Assembly (NCBI GenBank): GCA_030770535.1
Contig: JASVEC010000017.1
Location: 930,001 to 994,000 of the forward strand
Origin: Batkoa obscura
Taxonomy: Eukaryota
Length of the DNA stretch: 64,000 nucleotides
Reading direction: 5' to 3'
In this document: positions 11,678-24,507 of the stretch, piece after piece
Numbering within the stretch: position 1 is the first letter of the stretch
How the letters are laid out: every line of letters begins with the position of its first letter
Position numbers and translations under genes: made by a program
The notes under the pieces: model-generated
Told to the model about the DNA's origin: nothing
What the model saw: only the letters and a program-made list of their open reading frames with translations
Database searches by the model: none

Positions 11678-12485
11678 TTATGAATTTTATTTAATAAATG
11701 AGTTGTAAAATAAAGAATGATTGAACACTTGTTAAAATTACTTAAAATAACTTAAATAACTAATATTATGCTTTTAAAGATAAATGATGAAAAGGATTAA
11801 TTTTACTAATTATGATTGGAATTAAATCTATTATAATGTGTTCAATAAATACAGAATAATAGTCAATCAATGATTATTTCGAATAGATTGACACTATTAT
11901 ACAATTAATTATATAATGTATATTATATATATTGATTGATAATAATTTTTAATTTTTTGAAATTAATTAATCTAGATTTTTCAATTAATTCACTTATAAT
12001 CAAAGTTGTCGAATAAAGTTAATAGCATAAATTATTCAAATGAGGTGTATTTAACAAACTTAAGGTTACACAAATAGGTCAAAAATGGAATCATTAAGTA
12101 GCCCTTTAACACATTTTTAAGAACTTTTATATAGCGACTAGATACAAAAAGTCCTTTGTAAAGGATATTATTGTAGTTGGGATAAACTAAGCCCTTCTTG
12201 TTTTAATTGGTTAAATTGTATGCATTGTATTTAATGAAGGTAATCAATATAATGTGACATTAGAAAACAATACTTAATCACACATCTAATTAGAATAAGC
12301 CAGTATTTATCCTATTAATACAGAAAAAGGTTAAAAATAAACTTACCATTTAAATAATCCAATAAAATAAAAGCATTATCTGAATCACCCTCCAATAGGT
12401 TTTAACACTGCAAATCTGGTAGTAACCCGAAAATTCATATATACCAAAGATTTCATACATTATAAATTTCTACTTTTTTATTCTT

Positions 12486-14246
12486 ATGAAATCAAATCTC
12501 AATTTATCTTTAACACATCAGTCGAATGGGGGAATGCAAGTGTGTGATAATTGTCATACATTTAAAAGAAGATGCGATAGAAAATTACCAAAATGTTCTT
12601 TGTGTGTTGCAAAAGGTTTAGAATGTAAAAGAGAAAGAAAGTTGCAGCGAAAACATTTTATGCAGCAAGATGATAAATTTTATAGCTGTATATTCAACTC
12701 TTTGATATTAACTAGGCATAGTAAGAAAAAAGAAAGAGCGAAAAAAGAGATGGAAGGTAAAATAATTAAAGAAAGCCTATCTCAGCTTATTTCTAAGGAA
12801 GTAGAAGTAGAAGTGGAAGAAGAAATGTTTAAAGAAAATTTATCTCAACTCATTTCAAAAGAAATCAATAGCAGCGTTTTAAGAGCCCCTATCTTTAAAT
12901 TAAAGATGCCCAAATTTGATATAGCCTCTATGACAGTTAGCAGGTTCCCTATTTACTCCTTTTTAGTTATATTGAAAAGTCAGGAAAAGTTAAGTAGGAT
13001 GTATGAAATTGACCCAATAGCTGGTATATTCTTCTTTTTAAGATCTATGAACTTACCAACATCAAATAGCTTAGAAGTATCAATACCGTCAATGGATCGT
13101 TTTATACTTAATCATTCAATTACAAGAAAAGCAACCTTTGCTTATTTTAAATATGTTAATATTGTATTCCCATTATTTTCTATGGATGACTTTTGCAATA
13201 AACCTCGATCCATTTTAGTAAAAGCTGCAGTAATATTAGTTGGGTTAACGTTAATAGAAGAGACTGAAGAAGCCAAGGTATTAGGAAAACAATTGAAAGA
13301 AGTGTTAATCGGGATCATAACTAAATTAGTGAAGAATCCAAGTTTAATATGGGTTCAAGCACTATTAATCTTAGCCAATGGGCTTCGTGGACACCCCTAT
13401 TCTCCTCCAAACCATTTACTGTTTGATATTATTAAAATTTGCCATGCTATTGGATTACACGTTCAGCCAAGTAGAAAACTTCCATTCCATATACAGCTAG
13501 AAAAACAATTAGCCTATTCAGCAGCTTTATATTTTGATACTAACAGTAACCCACGCTCCAGTGGTTGTTTCAATCACTCTGATATATGGACTAAAAACTT
13601 AAATTATAAACATGATGTATATAAAAAATTAGAATATGAGCTATTGATGATTATGGGGGAGTTCAGATATAACTTGGCCAAAAATTTGTATATCATCTTC
13701 CAGTTATTTAGGCAGATTGAGGAAAAGAAGCATTTTTCTCAAAATTTTTGTAAAGAAATCCAAGTTTATTTTGATGTTCTTAAAGAGTATACCTTTAAAG
13801 CTTTTTACCGTTTACATAAACTTAAAAAGAGCCATGTCTATGTAAGATTTACACCCTTGATAGATGTTATTTTAAATTCGGTGGGGTTATTGAGTAATTC
13901 TGTTTATGTTTCATTGTATGAATTGAAAAGGAGTGTTTCTAAAGTAGATGATTTACAGGATATAAGAGCATGTATAAAATGTATTGCCCGTTTATTTCAA
14001 TACAATCAACGCCTAGGCCCTTTTCCTTACTCCAATAATCGTATTTTTTCAGTTTATAATTGTATTCGATTTTTAGCCTGTCACTACCAATTTCTTAAAG
14101 AATGTGATAAGCTTATATATGAAGGGCTTGAGCTCTTTTATTTCCTTCGAACTATTCCATTGTTTAAAACGTCGGTGGAAACAAGCCTTGCACTTATTGA
14201 TATAACACTCAAAGCGATGGGGATTCCAGTTCTTGTTCTTACATAA
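12486..14246 (+). CDS. Zn(II)2Cys6 fungal transcription factor with a middle-homology-like region, intronless
   Basis: CDNCHTFKRRCDRKLPKCSLCVAKGLEC fits CX2CX6CX6CX2CX6C. Downstream YFKYVNIVFPLF, VQALLIL and CHAIGLH fit the fungal TF middle homology region. Confidence 0.9.
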   Translation: MKSNLNLSLTHQSNGGMQVCDNCHTFKRRCDRKLPKCSLCVAKGLECKRERKLQRKHFMQQDDKFYSCIFNSLILTRHSKKKERAKKEMEGKIIKESLSQLISKEVEVEVEEEMFKENLSQLISKEINSSVLRAPIFKLKMPKFDIASMTVSRFPIYSFLVILKSQEKLSRMYEIDPIAGIFFFLRSMNLPTSNSLEVSIPSMDRFILNHSITRKATFAYFKYVNIVFPLFSMDDFCNKPRSILVKAAVILVGLTLIEETEEAKVLGKQLKEVLIGIITKLVKNPSLIWVQALLILANGLRGHPYSPPNHLLFDIIKICHAIGLHVQPSRKLPFHIQLEKQLAYSAALYFDTNSNPRSSGCFNHSDIWTKNLNYKHDVYKKLEYELLMIMGEFRYNLAKNLYIIFQLFRQIEEKKHFSQNFCKEIQVYFDVLKEYTFKAFYRLHKLKKSHVYVRFTPLIDVILNSVGLLSNSVYVSLYELKRSVSKVDDLQDIRACIKCIARLFQYNQRLGPFPYSNNRIFSVYNCIRFLACHYQFLKECDKLIYEGLELFYFLRTIPLFKTSVETSLALIDITLKAMGIPVLVLT

Positions 14247-15099
14247 TTCACCTATTTTTTTAACAATTTTCAATTTTTTAGCTAATTTTCTATGTTTGAT
14301 ACATCGATATTCTCCAAGATTTAACTTGATCCCTTATTATAATAAATAATTTTGAATTTCCGAATTCTTCCTTCATAATATTATTAACTTAAAATAGTAC
14401 TATATGCTAATAAGATTTATAAGTTTAATAATAGGTTTTAAAGGGTAATTGCAGATGTCACTTACTTAATTTGTTTACTCATTTTATATTTAATAAGATC
14501 AACTAAATTAAACTATTCAAGGTTAATAAAGGTAAGCTTAATAGAACCTATTGTACAATAGGGTTTATAAACAATTTACAGATACTTTTGCCATTACTTT
14601 TTTAATAGCTTATTCGCTATTCTAATTATATATAATATAAGTGCTAACCGGTATAATCTTACTAAAGTGTTGATTAAAAAATAAAATCGCAAATTCCCAA
14701 TTAAGAAAAGGATATAAATTAATTATTCCCAACGCATCAATGGATATTCAATAGATAAGTAGTGATTGGTATTCTAAAGTTATATTTACTTCATGATTTA
14801 ATATAATTCGTTGGTGACATATCGCTAATACTAAATGATTACATTTTATTCAAACGTGAATTTAAATAATGGAGGAATTTTGCAAATAAATAAAAGTAAG
14901 AGCTTGCTTTTGCAAAAATTGTGAAGTCAAAATCAACCAAACTCAATGAAGTAAATGTATATTTCAGTTCACTTGGAAATATAGTTTTAAAAGTCAAACA
15001 AATGAAATATCTTTCAATTATAATCAGCTAACTGACAAAAAATGAGAGTAATTAAGGTGTAATTGTATTAAAGTATAAATTCAATTTTTATAGAGAAGG

Positions 15100-16548
15100 A
15101 TGCTACTACCCTGTTTATTGTTTGCGCTATTAATATCTTTCTTTTACATATTTTTGATACAAGAGTATAGTTCTAAGAATGATGTTACAGTTACAGCTAC
15201 GGTTGAAAAAAAAGCGCTATATAAAAAAGACAACCAAACGGTTATAATTTTATCTCTGGACGGATTTCGCAATGAATACTTAGAGCGAAACATAACCCCA
15301 AACTTAAGCCAATTAAGTAAGCTAGCTTACCATCTCTAAAATGCTATTACTTATTTTGTTAGTCAATATAGGTATAAGAGCAAAATATATGATCCCTTGC
15401 TTTCCAGTAAAAATTCTCGTATTTTATTTATTCATAATATTAAATTTTAGGTTATAACATTTCCTAACCACTTTAGTATGGTAACTGGACTACTTCCAGA
15501 ATATCATGGTATAGTTGGTAACGACTTTTATGCCCCAGACTTGAAAAAGACATTTACTACACGTATCAAAGACTCGATCAAAGATCCTGAGTTTTGGAAA
15601 GGGACACTAGTAATTTTAACTTGATAAATCTATACTTTTAGTTATGTTTCAATAGATTTGGAAGGCAGCTGAGAAAAATGGGATAAAAACGATGGTACAA
15701 ATGTGGCCAGGCTCGGATGTAAAATATGGGGATAGCTTGCCGGATTATTTGGAACTTTATAATAAATTGATACTACCTAGTCGTAAGATAAATAACATAT
15801 TGGATAAACTAGATAATCCAATAGAGTTGCGTCCAAGGCTAATATTAAGCTACTTTCCAGAAGTAGATACAGTGGGTCATCTTTTAGGATCCAATTCTTT
15901 TGTTTTGGATAAAACTATTAAAAAAGTAGATAAAGCAATTGCAAGCTTATTTAATGGACTTAAGAAAAAGAATATGCTAGATGAAGTTAATGTTATTATT
16001 GTAAGTGACCATGGGATGAGTAAAATTGAAAAGAAAAATGTTATTTATTTGGATGATATAATTGATCTCAACACAGTTAGAAGTATACATATGTATCCGT
16101 ATGCTGGATTAAATTTGTTTGATGAAACAACAATAGATGCAATATATGAACAATTGAAAGAAAAAGAAAGGCTTGATGATTTGGTGAAGGTATTTAAAAG
16201 GAAACAGCTGTTCCCATCAGACAACTCACGAATACCAGAGTTAATTTTAATACCTAAACGGGTAAATACTTTTTTGTCTTATTGATTTATTTATTGTTTT
16301 AGGGATATTATTTTAGTATTAAAAAAGCTGTTAAACACCTTTCAACTCCGCGGCATATGTCTGGGATCCATGGATTTAATGAAACTGATATTGATATGCA
16401 TTCAATTTTCATAGGTTTTGGTCCTTACTTCAAACAGTTTAAAAAGGAATTGGAACCATTTCGCAATATTGAATTGTTTAATTTATTTGAGAGAATTTTA
16501 AGTATTCCACATACTCCTAATAACGGAACTTTAAATTTTTGGCCTTAA
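15100..16548 (+). CDS. Nucleotide pyrophosphatase/phosphodiesterase (ENPP/Npp1 family) with N-terminal signal or anchor, ~5 exons
   Basis: [33 protein letters not shown] (catalytic Thr), YFPEVDTVGH, IIVSDHGM, GIHGF, FIGFGP, PNNGT. Confidence 0.92.
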
Positions 16549-16998
16549 GACTTCAAGTACTTATTTATTGTTCAATTTTGTAAAGCTTTAGAAGTTACTT
16601 AATTATATAATATTAACCAAAATGTTTAGATATTAAAATTTTACCAAAACTTAGGGTACCAAAACCTAGGGTACTAAAAAGTCAAGACATTAATAAATTG
16701 TGGTAATATGATGTCTCTAAATAAAATTTATATATGATTTTATTTTATCATTATGCCTTTTATACTGTTAGTCTTTAGATGTTAAATCATTTTGATATTG
16801 AAATATTTTTCTTTGAATTTTGATTCTATATTTTTGATTTGTAATTTTTCAATTATTGGCTTAAATGAAAAATTAGAATCTAAATAAACGAAATTAATTG
16901 GCTACAATTTTATCCCATCTCAATTTTGAACAAAAAAATAGTTTAAGTTATCCCTTTACTCCTTGTTTTGTATATAAAATATATTTTAAGTATTCGGA

Positions 16999-19742
16999 AT
17001 GGTAAAGAAATAAAAAACATCTTAAATGATACTAATCAACGAAACAGTCATCGAAAAGTCGAATAAGGCCACCAACGAAGGTGAGCCAAGATCTTTTAGA
17101 TACCGAGAGCTTAAAAAAGAGAAAAACGGAAGCTATTGAAGCTATAAAAACGATAGAAGATAAAAACAAAGAAAAAAGCAAACCAAGTACACTAAAAAAA
17201 GGAAGTAGTATTGGAGGTAGTGTTCGAACTACCAGTAAGGCAGTTTACAAACCAATAGCCAATAGTGCGATACCACCAACTACCAAAACCAATCGACCAC
17301 AACCTTTGATACGTAAATCGCCTTCTGCGACTCCAAAGCCTACTATGGCGATTAAAAGTAGGGTTACTAAAGCAAATCCCACAGTCTCAAGAAACACCCC
17401 AGTTTCAAGAAATACTTCAATGTCAAGGTCAAATCACGATTCTTCTCTATTGTCAAATGGATCTGGAAGGGGGGTTGATACTAGAAGAATATTAATAGAA
17501 AATGAGACAAACCCTACGACCCCACCAAAACGACCAAAGAGGCCGGCTTGGGATATTAAAGTAATTGTTTTCAACTGTCTTTAAACAATATTAATATAGT
17601 TTTATAGGGAAGGTTGGAAGATATGGAAATAAATACAAGTTATCTCAGGCATCAAGTAAAGCATTCAAAAGATAATTTAACAGATGTCAATAAAAAATTA
17701 GAAGAAAGTCAAAATCAAAGTAATATAATCTTAAAGTTAATAAAAATCATATTTAATAGTATTTTATCAAATAAGTTGTACAGCTTGAAGAGTTTAGAAA
17801 AAGTTTAGAAAACAGTGTCCAGGTTAAAACACAAGAAAATAGCGGACTTCTTCATCAAATAGCAGATTTAGAAAATGAGCTAAAAGTAACTTCGCATTTA
17901 TTTTATAATCTTTATAATTGAACTATTAAATAGAGCTTGAGCAATAAAAACGAAGATAGTATACGAACTCTTAAATCAGCTCATGAATTAGAAGTACAAT
18001 CATTAAACTCAAAATTGGATTTTGCTACCAGAGAAAAGGCCATGTTAAATAACGAGCTACAGAATGTATCGTCTCAATTAAAAGCTAAAATTGAAGAAAA
18101 CACCAGTCTTACAGTAAATAATTATTTATATAGAAATTATACTTTACTTATTTTTATTATTTAGAATACAATTTCAAATCAAGCAACTTCTTATATAACA
18201 TTAGAATCTGATAACCGTATACTAAAAAACCAATTAGAAGTAAATAAATACTAACTTATAAATAGAAATAGTTACTTATTATCATTTAGGCATCACAAAA
18301 AGAAGCTTTAAATAAAGGCGAAACGATTGGTAAATTAAATAAAAATATTGAGGGATTGAAAGCTGCGATTGAAGAACTTGAAACTAAACTTAGGTCAGAA
18401 GAGACAGTTAGACGTCAGTTACACAACACTATCCAAGTAATTTAATAGTGATAAATAGCCTTACTTGTACTAAGTTTTTTTATAGGAACTTAAAGGAAAT
18501 ATTCGCGTTTTTTGTAGAGTTCGGCCTCCGGTTGGTAAAGATACAATAATCTAATTAATACATTAACTGACTTTAATAGGCGCTGAATGTAATCAATCTA
18601 CTGAGCAATCCCATTTAAATTTTACGGATATCAATGGGGATAAAAAATGTATTGAATTAAAACAAGTTAAAGTAAGTAATATTATATTACTATAAATTTA
18701 TATGAATGATAATTAAAATTAATTAGGAATCATCACTTTCAAAAGCAACCACTAAAGTTTATCCTTTTAAATTTGATAAAGTAATTTAATCTCTTAATTA
18801 TTTATATTAACTCAAACCCTATTTTAGGTTTATGGGCCATCTACCAAGCAAGCAACTGTTTTTGAAGATATTTCTCAATTAATTCAATCTGCACTTGATG
18901 GTTATCCAGTTTGTATATTTGCCTATGGGCAAACTGGAAGTGGAAAAACTTTTACCATGGAAGGACCAGAAAATGCAGATATCGAAACCGAAGGAATGAT
19001 CCCAAGAGCAGTACAGCAAATATTTGATTCAGCTGATGAGTTAAAGGAAAAAGGATGGAGATATAAAATGGAATGTCAATTTGTAGAGATTTATAATGAA
19101 ACTTTGCATGACTTATTGGGTTGCAATAGCAATGATAACAAAAGGCATGATATTAAACACGAGTCAAATGGGAGAACTGTTGTGACTGATATAACTATTG
19201 GTACTTTATTTATATATTAAGTTTTTATTCAACTAACTTTGATAGTAAATGTAAGTAACCCTAAAACTGTCCATAACCTTTTAAACAAAGCATCCAAAAA
19301 CAGAGCAGTTGCTTCAACAAATTGTAATGAAAGATCCTCAAGAAGCCATAGTGTTTTTACTATGCGATTGACAGGGCACAATACTTTAACCCAAGAAAAA
19401 TCGGAAGGGGTATTAAATCTTATAGATTTGGCAGGGTCGGAATCACTCAATAAATCCGGATCAACTGGTGATAGACTTAAAGAAACTCAAGCTATTAACA
19501 AATCTTTGTCTTCTCTTTCCGATGTCATTTATTCACTTTCTCAGCAAAATTCACATGTCCCTTATAGGAATAGCAAACTCACCTATTTACTACAAAATTC
19601 GTTAGGTGGTAATTCAAAAACACTCATGTTTGTCAATATCTCACCTTTAAAGTCTAACTTTATGGAATCGCTTTATTCGCTACAGTTTGCTACTAAAGTT
19701 AACTCATGTCAAATTGGCACTGCTAAAAAAGTAGTTAGATAA
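16999..19742 (+). CDS. KAR3: Kinesin-14 with C-terminal motor domain (Kar3/Ncd type), multi-exon
   Basis: Basic Pro/Ser-rich tail with KRPAWD.KGR, coiled coil, neck [80 protein letters not shown]. First coding exon appears to be ATG only (16999-17001). Confidence 0.93.
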
Positions 19743-20099
19743 TTAGACTTAGTTGTATCATTAGTCGCTTTTATCTATTCGCAATATAAATTCATTTGAT
19801 TTATTTTAATAAAATTATTTTTATATTTTAATCGTTTTGAGATTTAAAGCTTTATTCAATGAAATTAGTGTTATCTTAAGACCATTTACTATAATTCTGT
19901 TCAAATAACTGAAATTGCTTTTTTTGGAAATTAATTTTGATGTATGAAATTAGCAGTAAAATGACATTTAATAATAGCCTATGATAAAAATAGATTAAGG
20001 AGTAAATTGGAATTGCCCATGGCCCAAATCAATAATAGTGATTTTAAAATTTAAAAAAATCATCATTTTTATAAAGTTTATGCTCAAAAAGGATCCAAA

Positions 20100-23000
20100 A
20101 TGCTAACGATACCAACTTTAATTTCGGAAGCTAGTGCTTTATGGAGTGACGTTAATAAGAACGATTATTTTGTATTACAACATACTAAATTGGACCAACC
20201 TTCAAAATTATTTCAAAGTGTGGTTGGTACTATAAGGAATATGTAATCAAAATATCAAAATATAATTTAAAGTTTTAATCCATTCAAAAAAGGTTAGACA
20301 CAAAACCTGACCCATATAGGATAATTTATAGGGATAATTTAAACAATGAAACTTATTTGGTAGCCGTTGATGATACCTATCAAAAAATTGAAAAATCTTG
20401 GAAATGGTTTGAAGGTAATTTGATAAAAAGGACGATTTCATCGTTGATATTTAAAATTGCTTAGAACTTTGTGTACCTATATTCGATTCAATGAATGGTA
20501 GCACAGAACGTTATAAATATTTAGAAACTAAAATAAAATCGTATTTAGCTGCTACTGGTAAGTTTAGTTTAAATATATTATTATTATTTGTTATTTTTAA
20601 ACCATACCAAATTAAACTAAACTTGTAAAATTATATTAGATGGTGACTCCCTAGATGAATCCCTTGACGTCAAAGCAAGGTCTGCTTTAAGAGCTTTTAG
20701 ACAAACGTTCAATATGTCCAACGCAGAACACTTAGTTAGCTGTAATATATTTTTATTAATAGCTTAAAAAATAGACATTTAGCAAAATAATAGTTCAACA
20801 CAAACTTCAAACAAAAATTTTAAGCAAACAACTAATTTAAGTATATAGATTATTCATGTGGCTATCAGAAGGGGCTGATGGTATACCAAGGGTGGATATA
20901 TATGAGTGAGAATTATTTATGCTTTTATTCTTACATGCTGGGCATGGAAATGAAATTGAAAATTGAGCTTAGAGATATTGCTCATTTGGAAAAATCAAGT
21001 GGGAACTTGGTTGGTGCCGCGAAAACTTTATCGTTACCATCACCGATCACTATCACCACTAAAGATCAAACAAAGGTAAACAGTTATGTTACTTTAGTTG
21101 TGTAATTTTTTAAAAGTTTAAATTTTAGCATCATTTTGGTAATTTTTTTGTTCGCGATGAGGTAAATTAAAGTTTAAATACTAAATGATGGATTAATATA
21201 GTACTTTGTTTTAGGCGTTTGAATTGATAAGTCAATTAACAAAAAATAGTATGGAAAGAGTATTAAAGAATGCTACATTGGACCCATTACCAGGTATGGC
21301 AATTAGGGGTGTTAATGATGACTCTGTAGATGCACAACCAATAATAAGTCCACTAATAGATTCTTCAGAAGTCAAAAAGGAGTCTTCCGGAATGGAAATA
21401 CGAAACAATTTCTTAACGCAAAAGAGTAATAAAGAATTTCAAATGAAGTTTAGATTGCCAGCCACTGAAGCATTACACACTGAAACCCAAGTATTGTTTT
21501 CTCACCCTAAAGATCCCAACTTTAAAGTTAAAGGTATCTTAGCACTTTCAGATTCTTTTATCACTTTCATTGGTACAAGTTTACTCTCTCCTTGCTATTG
21601 GGTACTTCCACTCTATTTAGTGCGTAAAGTTAATTTACATACAATAAGAAATGAGCTGCCAATTACTAATGCTTTGTCGATTTTATCATATCATGAGCTT
21701 ACCTTTTATATCACTTTCCATCACCTTGATGCCGAAGCTTTTAAAGCCTTCTGTAAAGCTTTAAATGATAGGCTAATCAAACAGAAACTTATAGTAAAGC
21801 AATTAAAACCATTTTTAAGAACATTGACTTCAGAAGGATATTACAAAGGCCAAGGTGGGTATGGAGAGGGCGCTTTGGGGTTGAAATATGGGTTTCCAGA
21901 AGAATTTGGGATCACAAGAGAAGCCAAAAAGTTAGCGCATTGGCAGGATTATTTTTCTAAAAATGGTTACAACTTCTCATTAATCCGTAAGTTCGATTTT
22001 GTTCGATTGGTAAGGGTAGGAATACCAGGGATTTTAAGGGGAGAGATATGGGAGATGTGTTCGGGTGCAGTTTATAGAAGATTTAATCATCCTGGAGTTT
22101 ATCAAAAGTTAATTGAAGATAATCAAGGACAAGTTTCTCAAGCTACTGACGAAATTGAAAAGGATTTAAATCGTTCACTTCCTGAATATTCAGCTTATCG
22201 TATGAAAGATGGAATCGATTCTTTAAGAAATGTACTTACTGCTTACTCATGGAAAAATCCAGAGGTTGGTTATTGCCAAGCAATGAATATCGTGGCTTCT
22301 GCATTGCTAATTTATTGCAGCGAAGAACAAGCTTACTGGACCCTTACTACTCTGTGTGATACTATGCTTCCTTCCTATTATTCTACATCCATGTATGGGG
22401 CCCTTTTGGATCAAGCAGTTTTCGAATATCTTGTGGCTGATCTTATGCCTATTTTGGATACGAATCTAACCAAAAAAGGTATTACTCTTTCCTTAGTTTC
22501 GTTACCTTGGTTCCTTACTTTATTTATAAATTCGATGCCGCTTTTGGTAGCATTAAGGGTTTTGGATTTATTTTTTATGGATGGTCCACAAGTACTTTTT
22601 AAAATTGGATTAGCAGTATTGAAAATCAATGGTGATAAATTAATGGAAGCTGAAGATGATGGTGTCTTTGTTGAGGTTTTAAAGAAATACTTCCAATCTT
22701 TGGAAGAGCCTGTCAATAAAGAGTTTGGGGATAAAGGTGTTAAAACGATTACAAAGTATACCTTACTTATTACTATAGCTTATCGCGAATTCAAATCAGT
22801 AGACAATAATAAGATACAAGAGTTGAGACAAAGTCAACAAATGAAAGTAGTGCATAATATAGAATTATTTAGCAAACAAACAACAATAAGAAACCTCGAT
22901 TTTCGGGGTAGTTTTAGTGCCAAAACATTGTCCAATATTTATGATAAATTTCACACCGCCATTTTTTACAGATCGACCCCACACTCTTCAAAGAAGCATT

Positions 23001-23905
23001 CTGGTCATTTAATGGGTTATGAAGAATTCGAAACCTTTTTGGACCAGTCTACTACCTGGTGTGAACTTGATACACCAATCTCACAACGAAGTTCAAGAAC
23101 AAATAGTATTGCTGAAGAAGAAGAAAAGAAAGGCGGGTTTATGGATGCAAGATCACAGATGCCATTATACCGTCAGTCTATTGTTGGGGCATTGTTTAAG
23201 ACTATGGATAGTGAAAATAAAGGATGCCTTACGTTTTCAGATGTGATAAGTGGACTGGATACTATCCTTAATCAAGATGTTATGCCACGTAGTAAACTTT
23301 TATTTGAAACGGTGGATCTGGATTCAGATGGGCTTCTTAGTTCAGATGATATTATTCAATTTTCTTCGCTATTTTTGTACATCTTTAGACACTCGGATTC
23401 TGATATTGGATTGTTTGGGACTGGAAAGTTTATTAAAGAAGCTATGCAGTTGATTCATCAAAAAGGAGAAAGTTCAAATAAGGATCTTATTGACTTTGAA
23501 GCTGGAAAAGATAATTCAACTCAACAGAATACTGAAAATCAACCCTTTTTAAATTTTGAAGAGTTTTCTAAATTGATTATGTCGGATGAACATCTATTAA
23601 GAGCGATACAAATTGAGTTCCCAAATACTTTTTTATTCAAAGATCCAAGTGAAAATCCACCTGAAAATGATATTTCAAAGTACTTGGTAGACGGTATTAT
23701 AAATGGAAGTAACAAGATGGCTGAAGAGGTTTCAAAGCGTATTAGCACGTTACAGACACAAAAAAGCCAAGCTAACAAGCCAAGAGAGGCTAATGAAATG
23801 GATGAAAATGAATTTAGCTTAATTGTTGAAGCAGATGGAGAGGAAATTAGTGGTGAAATTTTAAATGAGTTGGAGCTCACGGATCTATCTTCACTGACCA
23901 TTTGA
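20100..23905 (+). CDS. MDR1: Rab GTPase-activating protein with GRAM + TBC + EF-hand domains (Mdr1/Gyp2, TBC1D8/9 type)
   Basis: YFVLQ and LDTKPDPYRI at the N-terminus; GRAM YQGWIYMSENYLCFYS; TBC LRGEIWEMCSG, EIEKDLNRSLP, GYCQAMN; EF-hand-like DLDSDGLLSSDD. Confidence 0.88.
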
Positions 23906-24507
23906 TAGTTTCTTGTTTTTTTAAGTTAGTAGCTTTTTTAAAAGTCGTTTCACAATTTATTTCAAGTTAATAAATTTTATAAAATTGAATTGGGTTTATT
24001 ATAAGTTCATAGTAATATATATAGTGTTTGAGGCTAAGTGATAAAAAAGTAGATTGGCTTTTGTTGTTTTGTTATATTCAACATTTTATATCAGCTACGG
24101 GTTTTATGGATATTAAATATTATAATGTGTTCTCAATGACTTTCTAAAAATGGTAAAAAATAAAGTTGAACTACAGTACTTAAGAGGGTAAATTGAAATC
24201 CCATATTTAATAAAAATTAAAATTAAGATTATCCAGTTTATTAACAAAAAATACTACAGCTTATCTGTAGTCTATTTTATGAAGTTAAATTTGCTTAAAT
24301 TAATAACTTATTCATAATAAGTTTTATAAAATTAAACCTAAATATAGTATACGATTATAGCTAGCTTAATTATCGACTATCTCACTTTTAACAACTTTTA
24401 TTATAACTGCTATTTTTAATACCCCCTTTTTTGATTCAATTAAAATCTTAATTTTAGGGGTGAGGTCATTTTAAGTTTAACTTTTTTATTCTTTTTCATC
24501 TTAAATT

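Noticed and set aside
16644..16676. ACCAAAAC(T/C)TAGGGT x2, containing one TTAGGG
   Set aside because: Only a 15-bp tandem duplication; too short to call an interstitial telomere.
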